From positions 87,730,001-87,794,000 of the forward strand of contig OX597815.1 in assembly GCA_951406725.2 (NCBI GenBank): a DNA stretch of 64,000 nucleotides. Reading direction: 5' to 3'. A program made the translations under genes and the position numbers. The DNA is from Octopus vulgaris. Its lineage: Eukaryota. Positions 41,440 through 54,268 of this stretch are shown piece after piece; position 1 is the first letter of the stretch, and each line of letters opens with the position of its first letter. The notes under the pieces were generated by a model that worked only from the letters and a program-made list of their open reading frames with translations, was not told the origin of the DNA and did not search any database.

Positions 41440-41800
41440 TTGTATTTCGGGACGGTCATTTCTTTTGTGCCAAATAAATACACGCACTATATAATTTTTC
41501 CTCACTCATTTTATTACTGTTCTTATTTTATTATTTTAACTCATGTCCATTGTCCGGAAACCTTTCGTCACACACCTGTGACCTCTTAAGCGACACTTTT
41601 CGTTTTCGTCTGTGTTCTTGCTCCACTTACTCTATTCTGTTCTTCTAAGAAGATTTGTGACAAAAAATTTCCGAACAATAGACGTGTGTTAAAATAATAA
41701 AATAAGAACAGTAATAAACGAGTGAAGAAAAAAATATATATATATTGCGTGTGTTTATTTGGCAAAAAAAAAAAATAATAATAACCATCCTGAAATACAA
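41440..41800. repeat. Imperfect ~135-bp inverted repeat
   Basis: Arms ~41440-41572 and 41656-41800, including TTTATTACTGTTCTTATTTTATTATTTTAAC and its exact complement. Confidence 0.88.
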
Positions 41801-41874
41801 AACTCTAGCATTCTTCTTTTATTATTCAAGAAGAAGACATAGCAATTAGACATTTCGAAAGGAAATGACATAAA

Positions 41875-42082
41875 TTCTTTTCTACTCTAGGCACAAAGCC
41901 CGAAATTTGGGGGAGGAGGCCAGTCGATTAGATCGACCTCAGTACGCAACTGGTACTTAATCTTTCGACCCCTAAAGGATGAAAGGCAAAGTCGACCTCG
42001 GCGAAATTTGAACTCAGAATGTAAAGACAGACGAAATACCGCTAAGCATTTCGCCCTGCGTGCTAACGTTTCTGCCAGCTCG
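41875..42082 (-). mobile_element. SINE-A (tail type ii)
   Basis: TTCTTTTCTACTCTAGGCACAAAGCCCG tail with full core. Confidence 0.85.
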
Positions 42083-42119
42083 GTATCTTGGAAATTACAT
42101 AAACTACAAAGCAACTAGT

Positions 42120-42360
42120 GAAGCTAGAGTATAGAGTGAAAGTGAAACAGAGGCTGGATTTGTGAAGAGAGATTTCATGAATGGGGATGATTTTGTAGAG
42201 CGAGAGAGGTGCATATTTATTGTTTGGGGTGAAGGTTGGTCAGATCTGATGAAACTATTTTATTGAGAGAAAGAGAGAGGGAGAGAGGGGGTGGGGAGAA
42301 AGAGAGAGGAAGAGAGAGTAGGACTATAGAAAAATAGACAGGGGATGTGTCTGTGCATCA

Positions 42361-42392
<32 letters not shown>

Positions 42393-42448
42393 TGTGTGTG
42401 TATGTGTGTATGTATGTATGTATATATATGTATATATGTATATATGTA

Positions 42449-42504
<56 letters not shown>

Positions 42505-42521
42505 CATACATACACATATAT

Positions 42522-42560
<39 letters not shown>

Positions 42561-43480
42561 CACACTTTAAAAACTTTTATTTATGACAGAGAGAGAGAGA
42601 GAGAGAGAGTAAAACATTGTAAGAGTTTGTGTGAAAGGAGGTCACAATAAAGCATAAAGAGCTACTGAGGATGGTTTGTAGAGATGAAGTGGTGCATAAA
42701 AAGAATTTGTGATAATGGAAAATTTCAATGAAATATAAATTTTCTTGAAGAGAGGGAAGAAACTTGGCTACGCTGTGTGTGGTACAAACTGGAAACGTGA
42801 ACAGCAAATTTTAAATATCTTGCTCTTCGCTCTTTTTCATGTTGTTTATGTAATTACTTTTAATAAGGATATGCTGGATAGCAGTTTAGAAAGATATTTC
42901 CGGTCACGATTGTTGATAAATTTCAAAAGGTTCTTAGCCTACCAGTGCTACAGTGGGTGATAGGGTCCCAGTTAAGGATAATCTCTACAGCTAAAATAGA
43001 AACGTTGGTAGGGCTTATGAGAGATGACCGGAGATAATGGAATGCCACATACTTGTTCTGTACGATTTGCTGACATGGGGGATAATGTGGTATGGCTATT
43101 ATTCAGTGTAGGATGTATATGTCTGTTGTCCGAGACCATTGGCAAAATAACATTGCCGTGTTTCTCTGCCAAGGAAGTGCAAGTAGTTTTTAAAGACCTG
43201 GTAGTTAACCTGAACGAAGTTAAAAGTAACGAAGACAAGGCTTTCTTTCTTCGATAAATAAGCTTTAATTAACTTCATCAAGTATAAATTGATGCTGAAG
43301 AACTCGATGGCGGAGAAGTTCTTCAGGAAATTTTATAAGTAGTGGATGAAAGTAGAAAATATTGTTTAGATAAGAGGATAGACCTTTCGGTTTTGTGCTT
43401 GGAAGAGTCCAGAAAAAGGAGTGATAGCTGATAGTCTGGGAATGTTCATGGTCCTCATTGAGTAGCTATTTCTTATTTTT
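42120..43480 (+). mobile_element. Decayed Tx1/L1-like ORF2 C-terminal fragments, broken by microsatellites
   Basis: INFKRFLAYQCYSG..VPVKDNLYS (zf-RVT-like) and LSETIGKITLPCFSAKE. Many stops. Confidence 0.5.
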
Positions 43481-44194
43481 CGGGACAAATCACTTTGTTT
43501 AGATGGATTGCCCTAAAAACTTTGCAGACTTGTTCAATATCTTAGTAACTCGTAGCAGAAGTGAAGAATTCTCAATTCTGTGGCCGAAGAGTACTCCTGA
43601 CGAAGGACACGGACAAGAGGGACGTAAGTTTTAGCCCATGCAGAGTTAATCCAAAATGACGTCATCTTTGGTAATCAGCCAAAGCGAGGGATAGGTGGGA
43701 AGTGACACAAGCAGTTACTTTCTCCAGCAAAGATTTCTCCTCTTCCTAGTCAACAACACAAAAAATACCTTCTCTACAGTAACAATAATAATAACCTGCT
43801 GTGCAATAATAACACCAGCAACAAGGATGAGCAGAAAATTATTAATAACATCTATATGTCGAAGAGCAACAATAACACGACCGCCACCATTACCAATGTG
43901 AAGGAGGGTTGCAGAGACAATAGCAGATGATACCACAGTTACAACCACGACTAGCGAAGTTGTTTTTCGCATCAACACCAACCTGCCGACCAGCAGCACA
44001 GCGAGGGAGACGACGAACACCATCATCGCCATTACTATCACATTCACTACAGCCCTTAACGCCACGCAACCCCACCCACCCACCACCACTACTACCAGTT
44101 GCAGTAAAATAGCAGTAAAGGCGACTCTCCCAAAAAATCACTAAAACCACATGAAATGTGGTTTTAGTGAAATGTTTACATGAAATGTAAACAA

Positions 44195-45720
44195 CCTGAA
44201 GGCTAAAAGATTAATCCAGAAACAAAGCAGGAAGACTGTCTAAGTCTTGTCTCTTGATGTAATGACAGAGGTTGTGTGGTGTACAATGCCTTACACGTGC
44301 ACAGGGACGAGGAACCGACATGTAGAAGGGCCACACAGCCCCAGCTAAACAAATGCCTTTGGTCATTTGGAAGTAGATTGGCTTTCGTCACTCCCATTCA
44401 AAGGAGAGGGCTAAAGATATAGGACAGTCCAGACCAAATTCCTGTTGAAGATACTCTTCTATTCCAGTGAAGATCGAGGATTTCAGCTTCTCCACTCATC
44501 GGTCCCTGTATGAGTTGATATGTGGAGAAAATGAAGGTGGTAGGTACGCCGCCAAATATAGGCATCTGGTATCTAGAAGCAGTAGTCTTCTGCTCATAGC
44601 AAGAAGTGGGCACGAGATTCTTGGATTTATAAAAAACAACATCAAGAAAATTGGTCGATGATAGGAATTGAGGCCTTAATCTATATGAAGCAGGAAAATT
44701 TTGAGAGTATCTCACATCTGGTCAAGCTTCCAAACATTAGAGGTTTCAGGGAGTAGAATGGAGAAGGTCCAGGTGTCATATGTATGGTACCCTCAGCCAC
44801 CAAAGGGCCTCCTACCCAAAACAGAAGGCTAAAGAAGGAAAGTCTGCAACAATGAAAACAACAGCAGTAGCAGTAGAGCAGTAGCTACTATAGCAATAGC
44901 AACCTCAACAGCAACAACACTTTTAACAACAGACACCCGACAAAAAACATTAGTAAAATCTGCCATCATAATAAAAAGAAGTCGTTCAACTGTGCCATCT
45001 CCTTGCAAAACACAAACGTTCACACAGGCCCAAGACCATTTCGATTCCGAAATCTCATCGTACGATGAAGTTGAGGCAAAAAATCTTCCCAGGGTAATTT
45101 TTCGTAGTGAAAAATAAGACAAAAATAAGTATGCAGACGACGTGACTGTGATGTCGGATTCCACAGATTCCATGTCTTTGGTGTCTGACACCATAACATT
45201 GTAAGAGAATACGATGCAGTGAAATAAGTAAAAATTTTAATGGAAAGGTGGTGTGCATGCTGCTCGGAATCTGGAGAGGCAAATAAATATCACCGGCTAG
45301 TTAAGTTGGGCGCTCGATCGACAGAACATCTTTCTTTAACCGAGTTTTCGTCTGACCAGATAAGAGAGCATCTGTTCTTTCGCTTCTTGAGGACTTTTCT
45401 ATTGATCAGGCAGTTCATGTGTGCCCCAAACCTCTGAGTGTTCGGTATGCCGTGGCTAATGACAGACAGATATCCCTGAGGTTGTGACATATGTAGAGAT
45501 CCCTGGATTATGAACAGGTGTGGTTGCCTTTTGTCAAATAGGTTTTCTACAGTTTGTCTCATTGGTAGAGCTCTAGCACTAAGTTAAACGAAGATCAAGA
45601 TTGAACACCTGACACCTGACTTGATGTGAGCAGCGAGCATGGTACAAGTGAATGAACCTATTATCAGCATGTGCTTGAAGGCAGGGAATGACAGCTCTGA
45701 GGACACTTATCCTTAGTAGT
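44195..45720 (+). mobile_element. Further decayed Tx1/L1-like fragments
   Basis: KINPE near 44207; HLFFRFL...LIRQFMCAP..FGMPWLMT..LRL near 45370-45500, the post-RT region that normally carries GGLG. Confidence 0.45.
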
Positions 45721-45984
45721 TAGGTTAATCTGGTGAAATTCTTTGATTGGCCGTATATGCAGATTCTCCTCGCTGGGAACTTTACCGTGCACTTATATAC
45801 TGTGTACGCCATCACATTCATATTCATCCAATTTCCTGTAAACCATTACATGTTTCCTAGCTTGCCCGATAACGTCCCTTCAATATCCGCCCTAACGACA
45901 GTAAAAGAAAAGGTTATTAAAAAAATATCTTTTTATTCGATTTTATTAATAATTTAGTCAAAGGACTTCTTTCGTACAATTTCT

Positions 45985-46470
45985 ATATACACTAATTTCC
46001 TCTAATTTTATCCAGTTGAGTTTAATGTTATCCGCTGATGAGATCTAACCAGATTGAAACGTGTCTCTTAATTTTATCAGTTGGCTTTAAGATAATATCC
46101 ACTCCTAAATACATTGCTTCTATTTCTTCCAAATTTGGATTAGCTGATATTATTAGAGTTATCGTTCCTACTTGTTGTTTCTGAATTTTAAACACCTCTA
46201 ACGGGAGATTTTGAGTTCGAATTGCAAGGATAAATTCAGTTATCGAAATTTTTCATCTCAATATCACATATGTGATAAAGGCGACGGCATTTCGTACGTC
46301 TTTACACTCTGAGTTCAAATTCCGCCGAGGCCGACTTTACCTTTTATCCTTTCGGTGTCGATAAAATAAATATCAGTTGAGCGCTAGGGTTGATATAACT
46401 GACTTATCCTTCCCTAAATTGCTGGCCTTGTGCCAAAATTTGAAACCAATATTACATATATGAGACTCTA
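45985..46470 (+). repeat. Interspersed repeat with hammerhead-like core (copy 2), interrupted by SINE-A at 46279-46452
   Basis: CTGATGA-GATCTaaccAGATT-GAAA-CGTG-TC at 46035-46065; colinear with 30690-30985. Confidence 0.6.
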
Positions 46471-47299
46471 TCGCCTCTCTTTCCGTCTGTTTTTTCGCCT
46501 CTCTTGTATGCCTATACGTTGTATTCGCAGTAATGAATATGAACGACTGCATAATGTTTGTTTTTAACTTTGTGTATTTTAATGCGTATATCTATATGTT
46601 CGTAAAGAGACAGTTATTATTGTAAGCGTTGTTGCTAGTCTCTTTTTCTTTTTCAAGTGAACAAACGCTATTATTGTTAGCCTAGGACAGGTGGGTGGAT
46701 TGATAGCATCGTTTGAACCTTGCAGTATGTATTCCGCCTCTTTACGTTGCATGCAATATTTGTTCCTCCTCTTTACGTTACATGCAATATTAGTTCTGCT
46801 TCGCTACGTTACAAGTTCAAATCCTGCCACCGTCACCTTTGTATTACATCCTTTCGAAATTGATAAAATAAAGCATAAGTCAAATTCTGGAGTTGTTATC
46901 AACGACTGTACTCTGCACACAAATTTCTGGTCTTTTATCTCTACAAGAAACAATTATTTTTGATCAGGTAGCAGGGAAAACGGAAGAAAGGGTAGAATGC
47001 CAGGTGGCTTCACTATCGATATCAAGAATTACAATAACCACCGCAACAAAATTTCCGCTGCCATAGCTCTGTGCTTAATGTGCTCGCTTAGCAACGAATT
47101 GGTTCTCTGTTCGACCCCACTGCGCACCAATTTGTGAACGTGTATTCTGAGATTGCCTTAGGTTGACCTAGACCTATAGCTTCTGACTGGAACTGGGCAG
47201 CTGGGAACTGTAAAAATCTATCTTGTGTATATGTGTAAGCGCATGCACTTATGGTTGCCGTCAGGTCTATAGACATCAACAGAAAAAAATAATAAAAAT

Positions 47300-47978
47300 A
47301 TTCTTTTCTACTTTTGGCACAAGGCCCGAAATTTTGGGGGAGGGGCTCAGTCGATTAGATCGACTCCAGTACACAACTGGTAGTTAATTTATCGACCCTG
47401 AAAGGATGAAATGCAAAGTCGACCTCGGCGGAATTTGAACTCAAAACGTAGCGACGGGCGAAATACCTCTAAACACTTCGTCCGGCGTGCTAACGTTTCT
47501 GTCAGCTCACCGCCTAAAATAATATATTCTATTACAGGCACAAGGCCTGAAATTTTGAGGAGTGGATAAGTCGATTACATCAACCACAGTGCGTAACTGC
47601 TACTTATTTTATCGACCCCGAAAGGATGAAAGACAAAGTCGACCTTAGTGGAATTTGAACTCAAGACGGGCGAAATGCCGCAAAACATTTCGTCCAGCAT
47701 GCTAACGATTCTGCCAGTTCGCCGCCTTTCGCCGCCTAAAATAATAAAAAGTATTCTTTTGTACTCTAGGCACAAAGGCTGAAATTTTGGGGGAGGGGAC
47801 CAGTCGTTTAGATCAACCCCAGTACGTGACTAGTACTTTATTTATCGACCCCGAAAGGGTGAAAGGCGAAGTCGACCTCGGCGGAATTTGAACTCAGAAC
47901 GTAAGTACAGATGAAATACTGCTAAGCATTTCGCCCAGCGTGCTACGTTTCTGCTAGCTCGCCGCCTTTCACCGCCTA
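47300..47978 (-). mobile_element. Three SINE-A in a direct chain
   Basis: Units separated by a recurring CCGCCTAAAATAATA(AAAA)TATT spacer. Confidence 0.9.
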
Positions 47979-48409
47979 AAATAATAAAAATATTGCATTT
48001 CAAAGTCCTTTATATATTCCTTTGCCACTCACTTAGTCAGAAATGCATTGAAATAGTGATTGGCTGGTTGGAAACTTGTAATCTTCACTAATAGAAATAT
48101 TCTTCGTAAGAATATATTGACATTGAACAATGTATTCCGTCTGAAAAATAAAGAACGAATACTTCCGAATTCCATGATAATTCCGTATTATTACATGTAT
48201 CGAAGACTACTTTATCTCTGTGTCCTCTCTTTATGAAGACAGTAGGCTGTAATTTAAATGTTATTTATCGTAGGCCGTGAACAGTAGCAGTGGTTTTAGT
48301 AGTAGTAGTAGTAGTAGTAGTAGCAGCAGCAGCAGTAGTAGTAGTAGCAGAAGTAGTAGTTGTAGTAGTAGTAGTAGTAGTAGTAGTAGCTGCAATAACA
48401 ATAATAAAA

Positions 48410-48900
48410 TATGTACCTGAGTGGTACATATTTTATTGATTCTACAAGGGTGGGAAACAATGTCGACCACAGTCTAAATTGAACTCAGAACATAAAAGAG
48501 CGTTGCTAACTCCCTGTCAAGACATTTTGTCCAGTACGAAACCAATTCTGCCAACCAGGAAGGATGAAAGGCAAAGTCCACCATGGAGGCATTTGAACTC
48601 AGAACGTAAAGTCGGGAGAAAATGTTGCTAAGCATTTCTTCTACCGCACTAATGATTCTGTCAGCTTTTAAAAACGACAAATACTGGTTTTGAAATTTGG
48701 TACAAGGCCAGCACTTTTAGCGGGAAGAGTAAGTCAATTGCATTCACCTCGGTAGTTGGCTGGTACTTTATTTTATCGATCCTGAAGGGATGGAAGGCAA
48801 AGTTGAGCTCGACGGGATTTGAGCACAGAGAGTAAAAGAGCCGGATGAAATACCGCTAAGCATTTTATCCGACTCGCTAACGGTTCTGCTAGCTTGCCAC
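48410..48900 (-). mobile_element. Chain of about 3 degenerate SINE-A
   Basis: Repeated TTGAACTCAGAAC and AAGGATGAAAGGCAAAGT motifs. Confidence 0.75.
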
Positions 48901-49459
48901 ATTAACAACAAATAATAATGATATCGGAACACCCATCATCATCATCATCATCGGAAGTACCAGTAGTAACAGTAGTAGAAGTAACAATAACAGCAATAAA
49001 AAAATACATAAGTGGCATTGGACAATATGGACGACGACAACAAAAAGCAACAACAATAACAAACAGTATGCAAGTACATTTGCTGCAACAGCATTAACAA
49101 GAAGTTAGAAAGCAAAAAATAAGCTAAGGACGACAGCAGCAACAGCAACAACGAATACGCTGACAAAATCCAAGGGCGTTGCCTTGAAACAACATGTTTT
49201 TTGCATTCTCAGATGACAGCAATTTAGTTTTCTGTGAGATTTCTGTCTTCCTTAGATCTGTCACAGTGTTCCCTTGTACACACACACATACACACACATA
49301 CACACGGATACGTGTTTGTATACATGTGAATATATATACTATATATGTATATTTACATATGTATGTCAACCCCGTCTGTGCTAATCTGTTCTTTGTCAGT
49401 GTATACATTCCTTTTACCTCCCTTTCTTTCTCTATCTATGTATAACACGCAGACACACA

Positions 49460-49514
<55 letters not shown>

Positions 49515-50427
49515 ATGCGCGCGTACCCACACATACGTGTGTGTACAAAATGTAGCATCAAACGTTTTTCCTGAACCATATATATATGGCTAAAAAGCCG
49601 GTTTCCCGAGTTCTGTGGGCTACATACACTACATGGTAGTTGACAGGGGCATAGTTTTACTATATAACAGTCAGATCATAAGTCAATACACATACGCACA
49701 CATACACACGCATACACATACACGCACGCACACACACGCACACACACACACACGTACACACACACTTCGGTGTGTGGTGAAGCAAATCTTTGCTGAACCC
49801 TTTTATTTGTATTACTTAAGTTTGCCGTGAAATGGTCCTTTTTTCATACCGAATTCTACTTGGTGAAATTATTGATTACTTCTTAAGTGATTAATTTTAC
49901 CCTTTGTTAATATATATATATATGTACATATATAAACACACATATATACATGCATACACACAATCATACATACATACATACATACATACATACATACATA
50001 CATACATACATACTGTCACATTGAGTGACACATGTAAACAAGCAAATGTAAACAAATATATACTCTATTCCACGTGTAGATACATGGTAGAGTCACGTAT
50101 TCGTAATTTATATTATATTGTTAAAATTCCGTACACATTCACAATCGCAAACACACACACACACACACGCGCGCACACACAGACACACACAGATCAATAG
50201 ATACATAGATATTCAGTCTTACAATCTTATACATACATACATACATACATACATACATACATACATACATACATACATACATACACACGTATAAAATAAC
50301 ATCCTTTAAATTTAGCATAATCATCAAAATACCATTTTCTAAAATATCCCTAACGTAGGGACCTTTAATATTCGTGGCTTTATTTATACAGTCAGTAATA
50401 GTATTGGGTTACTCTAAAATGTCCAGA

Positions 50428-50496
<69 letters not shown>

Positions 50497-50519
50497 TCGA
50501 GAGACATCCGGATGTCATT

Positions 50520-51020
50520 AATCACCATAAATGATCAGCGTTGTCAGTGCCTGAAGAATCTGAGACATGAACGGGCGCCTCCACTACACAAGCCGTACTT
50601 GTGGGCGGTCCTGGTGCGGTTTGAGCTATAGTGCTCTTTTCTGTGGATCCGCCTTTCTTCCGCTGCATTCATCAGTCACTCCCGTGTAGGGCGTTCGGAT
50701 AGGACCCAAACCTGGACAGTACTGTATGGAGGATACGTTGGTGTCCAAGCAGCGTATCTCGTCTCTCCACATCACTGATAAATCCAAAGAAATAGCATGG
50801 CACCAGCATCGTCGCAGGTGTTGCAAGAACGTGGTTGTAGACAATGTCGAACTGCCTCAGGAGCTTTGGCTCCCGATTTTTTTCCCTTGGGTTTTACTCT
50901 TGAAATATTTACCCATGACGGGGTATTGTTGCAAGTTAGCGAAAGTTTGGAATCAGGGTTTTCCTTCTTCTAAATAGGTTGCCACCCACCAAGCTAACGA
51001 GCTCCATCTGCTCGACTGAC
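50520..51020 (-). mobile_element. RTE-type 5' leader fragment or short non-autonomous derivative
   Basis: Minus strand starts GCAGATGGAGCTCGTTAGCTTGG..GGCAACCTATTTAGAAGAAGGAAAACCCTGATTCCAAAC, resembling RTE/BovB 5' ends as I recall them. No coding region follows. Confidence 0.55.
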
Positions 51021-51029
51021 TAGCAAATT

Positions 51030-51180
51030 ATCCCATTGCTAGGAACCTTCCGGGTCAGAATAAACCTGGGAAGAATAATGGCTAAGCGGCTGCCCCACAC
51101 TCCTTAAAACCCTAGAACTTTCGAACCAGAGCCCCACTATTGGATGTAGTGTAAAGTCATACCCAGGAGTATTTCACTCC
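51030..51180. repeat. Interspersed repeat fragment (probably LINE-tail or SINE derived)
   Basis: CCGGGTCAGAATAAACCTGGGAAG...GTCATACCCAGGA resembles a common aquatic-animal retroelement segment. Family not assigned. Confidence 0.35.
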
Positions 51181-51308
51181 ACCACAGCTACCTCTGATGA
51201 GTGTGGGTTTACATAATTAGACTGTTACCTAATACTCCGTTGAACCTCTGGTGCAAAATCGATTGGTAAGATCAGCCGTAAAGGATATATAACACTGTAC
51301 ACTTCGAT

Positions 51309-51397
<89 letters not shown>

Positions 51398-51399
51398 AA

Positions 51400-52145
51400 T
51401 AATCCTTTCTGCTATAGACGCAAGGGGCTTTAAATTTGGGGAGTGGAGGACTAGACAGTTACATCAACCTCAGTATTTGACTGGCACTTATTTCATCGAC
51501 TACAAAAGGGATGAAAAGCAAAGTCAACCGTGGCGGAATTTGAACTCAGAAGGTAATATCGGAAGAAATGTTAAGAATTTTGTCTTGGGCGCTAACGATC
51601 CTGCCCCCTTAGTTTTAATAATAATAATTATTTTTAATATGTACACAAGATCTGAAAATTAGATGGGGAAGACTACTTGACTGGTACTTTGATCGAACAC
51701 GCAAAGGGGAAAGGTAAAATTGACCTCGGCATGATCTGAACTCAGCACGTAAAGAAACGAAAAAAAAAAAAAAAAAAAAAACTATTGCAAAGCATTCTTT
51801 CCGACATTCAAACGATACTGACAATCTACAGCCCTGAACAACTGTTCCTAATAATCCTGAAATTTGCGTAGGGGATGTTTCATCGACCCAAATGTTTGAC
51901 TGGTATTTAGTAAATAAAAAACAAGCTCAAATTTTGGCTCAAGACCAGCAATTTTAGGGTGAGGGTTTTAGTAATTTTCATTGACCCCAGTACTCGATTG
52001 GAACTTTATTTTATTAACTCCGAAAGGATGATAAGTAAAGTTGGCCTCGGAGTGATTTGAACTCGAAACAGAAATTTAAAAAAGCCAGAAAAAAATGCCG
52101 CTAAGCAGTGTCCGACATGCTGAAGATTCTGTTTGCAATCCTAAT
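51400..52145 (-). mobile_element. Chain of 3-4 degenerate SINE-A
   Basis: Repeated core and B-box motifs. Confidence 0.7.
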
Positions 52146-52527
52146 CGATATATCAGTCCCAGCAGATGATAATGTATCTTCAAAAGAAATAAAGAAATGA
52201 TCAAAGTATGAAGATCTAGATGCAACCTGAATGTGGAGCCTGAAAACAGAAGCAATCCTGATAATAGTACTTTTGAAATGGTTTGAAAAAAAACCCAAAA
52301 ACAAAAACAAAAAAAAACAACAACAGATAAATATATAAACAAACCCCCAGGACTTACAAATATACAATATCCCGAAAATAGCACTGCTAGGCATCACTCA
52401 CATACTATGTAGGGTATTTCCAGTTCAGTAAAAATAACAAACCTAAATCAAAATACTGCACATTCCCCTGGCACAAAGCTGCACACGGTGGTGCAATAGA
52501 AGTATGTATTAAAAATAAATGAATAAA

Positions 52528-52930
52528 AATGGCTTCGAATTTTGGCACAAAGTGAGAAACTTCGGAAGAGGTTGAGTATAGCGATCCCCCAGTGCTTGAC
52601 TGGTACTTTTTTTTATCGGCCCCGAAAGGATGAAAGGCAAAGTCGACCTCGGCGGAATTTGAACTCAGAAAGTAAAGACGGACGAAATGCTGCTAAGCAT
52701 TTTACCCGGTGTGCTGACGATTCTGCCAGCTCGCCGCCTTCAATAAGTGAATAACTCTTTCTGCTATAGGTACAAGGCCTGAAATTTTGTGGAGGGTGCT
52801 AATCGATTACACCGACCCCCAGGGCTCAACTGGTGCTTATTTTATCGACCCCGAAAGGATGAAAGACAGACGAAATGCCGCTTAGGATTTTGCCCCGGCG
52901 TGCTAACAGTTTCGCTAGTTCACCGCCTTT
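52528..52930 (-). mobile_element. Pair of SINE-A (tails iii and ii)
   Basis: Flanked and separated by TAARTGAATAA. Confidence 0.85.
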
Positions 52931-54170
52931 GATTAAGTGAATAATAACGGCAATTAATTTGGTAGTTTTACATCATCGTTACCTTAAGGTTGCATTGAGA
53001 ATTAATGTGATTTGTTTAATGCATTGGAACGAGGAAGATCAATTAGTTTGCATGTACATGCGCTGAAACATGAATTGATTGTGTCAGCAGGGTATCAGAG
53101 AACTAGTTAAAGGTTTCGCCGTCCGTATTTTGCCAGCAGTGCTTGAATGTAGCTATGCCTAACATGCTTGACTTCAAATGGTACAGTTGACTTAACTGTA
53201 AGTAGGTAACATAACGTTGCACCAGCTCACCATCATAAGCAGCAGTAGCCCTGTGTAAATCTGAGAATTGTGTTCTTAAACTGCAGTTTTAAGTTCATTT
53301 CGTACCACGGCAAACCTTACCTCTGACGTGCAGGAGATCTATTTAGAAGAACCATACTTGTCGTCCTATTATCTCGATAAACCAATGAATCACAGGAGTT
53401 AGTAAAGAGTAGTCAAGATTTCTAAGATACTTATAATACCCTAAATTCTGGTGAGGTTGGTTCACAGAGATTTTCGAGCTTGATGGAGGCACGTGAAGAG
53501 ACTCCGGTACTCGACAGCTACTTAATCTGTTCGACATCGAAAAGGCAAAAGGCGAAAGTTGAACTGAGAATATAAAAGAGCTTGACTTAAACACTGCAAA
53601 ACAGTTTAACTCCAACATTTTACTGAGTCAAAATACAACGACAGATAACAGAACAAGGAGATAATGATGATAATAATGGTAACGACGATGGCGATGACTA
53701 CGACGTCGATGATAATGATGGTGGTGTGATGAAAAAAGAAAAGGTAAATAAGGGAAAGAAGTTGAAAAAAGAAAAAAAGAGAAAACGATTTGATACAAGG
53801 CCTCAAATTTATTAGTCGTTTTAAGCAGCCTTAGTACATTACTGGAATTCTTAGGCTTCTATGTGTGATTGTGTGTGTGCGTGTGTGTGTGTGAGCTTTA
53901 CGTTTGGTGATGTGTCTGTGATGAGTTGAGAAGCTAGTTGTTATTGTTGCTGTTGTGATCGTTGTATAGTCTTAGGTTAAAATGTGTCAGACTATTATCA
54001 AATCATCAAATGCAATAAAACGATACAATTTGAGGTTGATTTTTCTGGTTGTTTCTTGCTGATAGACGCCCACATTGAAGTTTCATTGTTATTGGAGGTG
54101 ATGGGTGACCCGGATAAGTTCAGCAAAATTTAGATTCAGATGAATACCCCCCCCCCACACACACACATAT

Positions 54171-54228
54171 CGGGCCGACCAAAGCATTGTGAGTGGAGTT
54201 GGTAGACGGAAACTGAAAGAAGCTCGCC

Positions 54229-54268
<40 letters not shown>

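Noticed and set aside
51189-51270. CTGATGA ... AAAATCGATTGGTAAG next to (TA)n as a hammerhead
   Set aside because: GAAA is altered and stem II does not pair; too degenerate. Candidates near 7850, 13680 and 31510 were dropped for the same reason.
53305-53575. Possible minus-strand exon ending in GAG|GTAAGG
   Set aside because: No SRCR or other recognisable peptide, and I found no reading frame that clearly continues the phase-1 exon; could only be non-coding.
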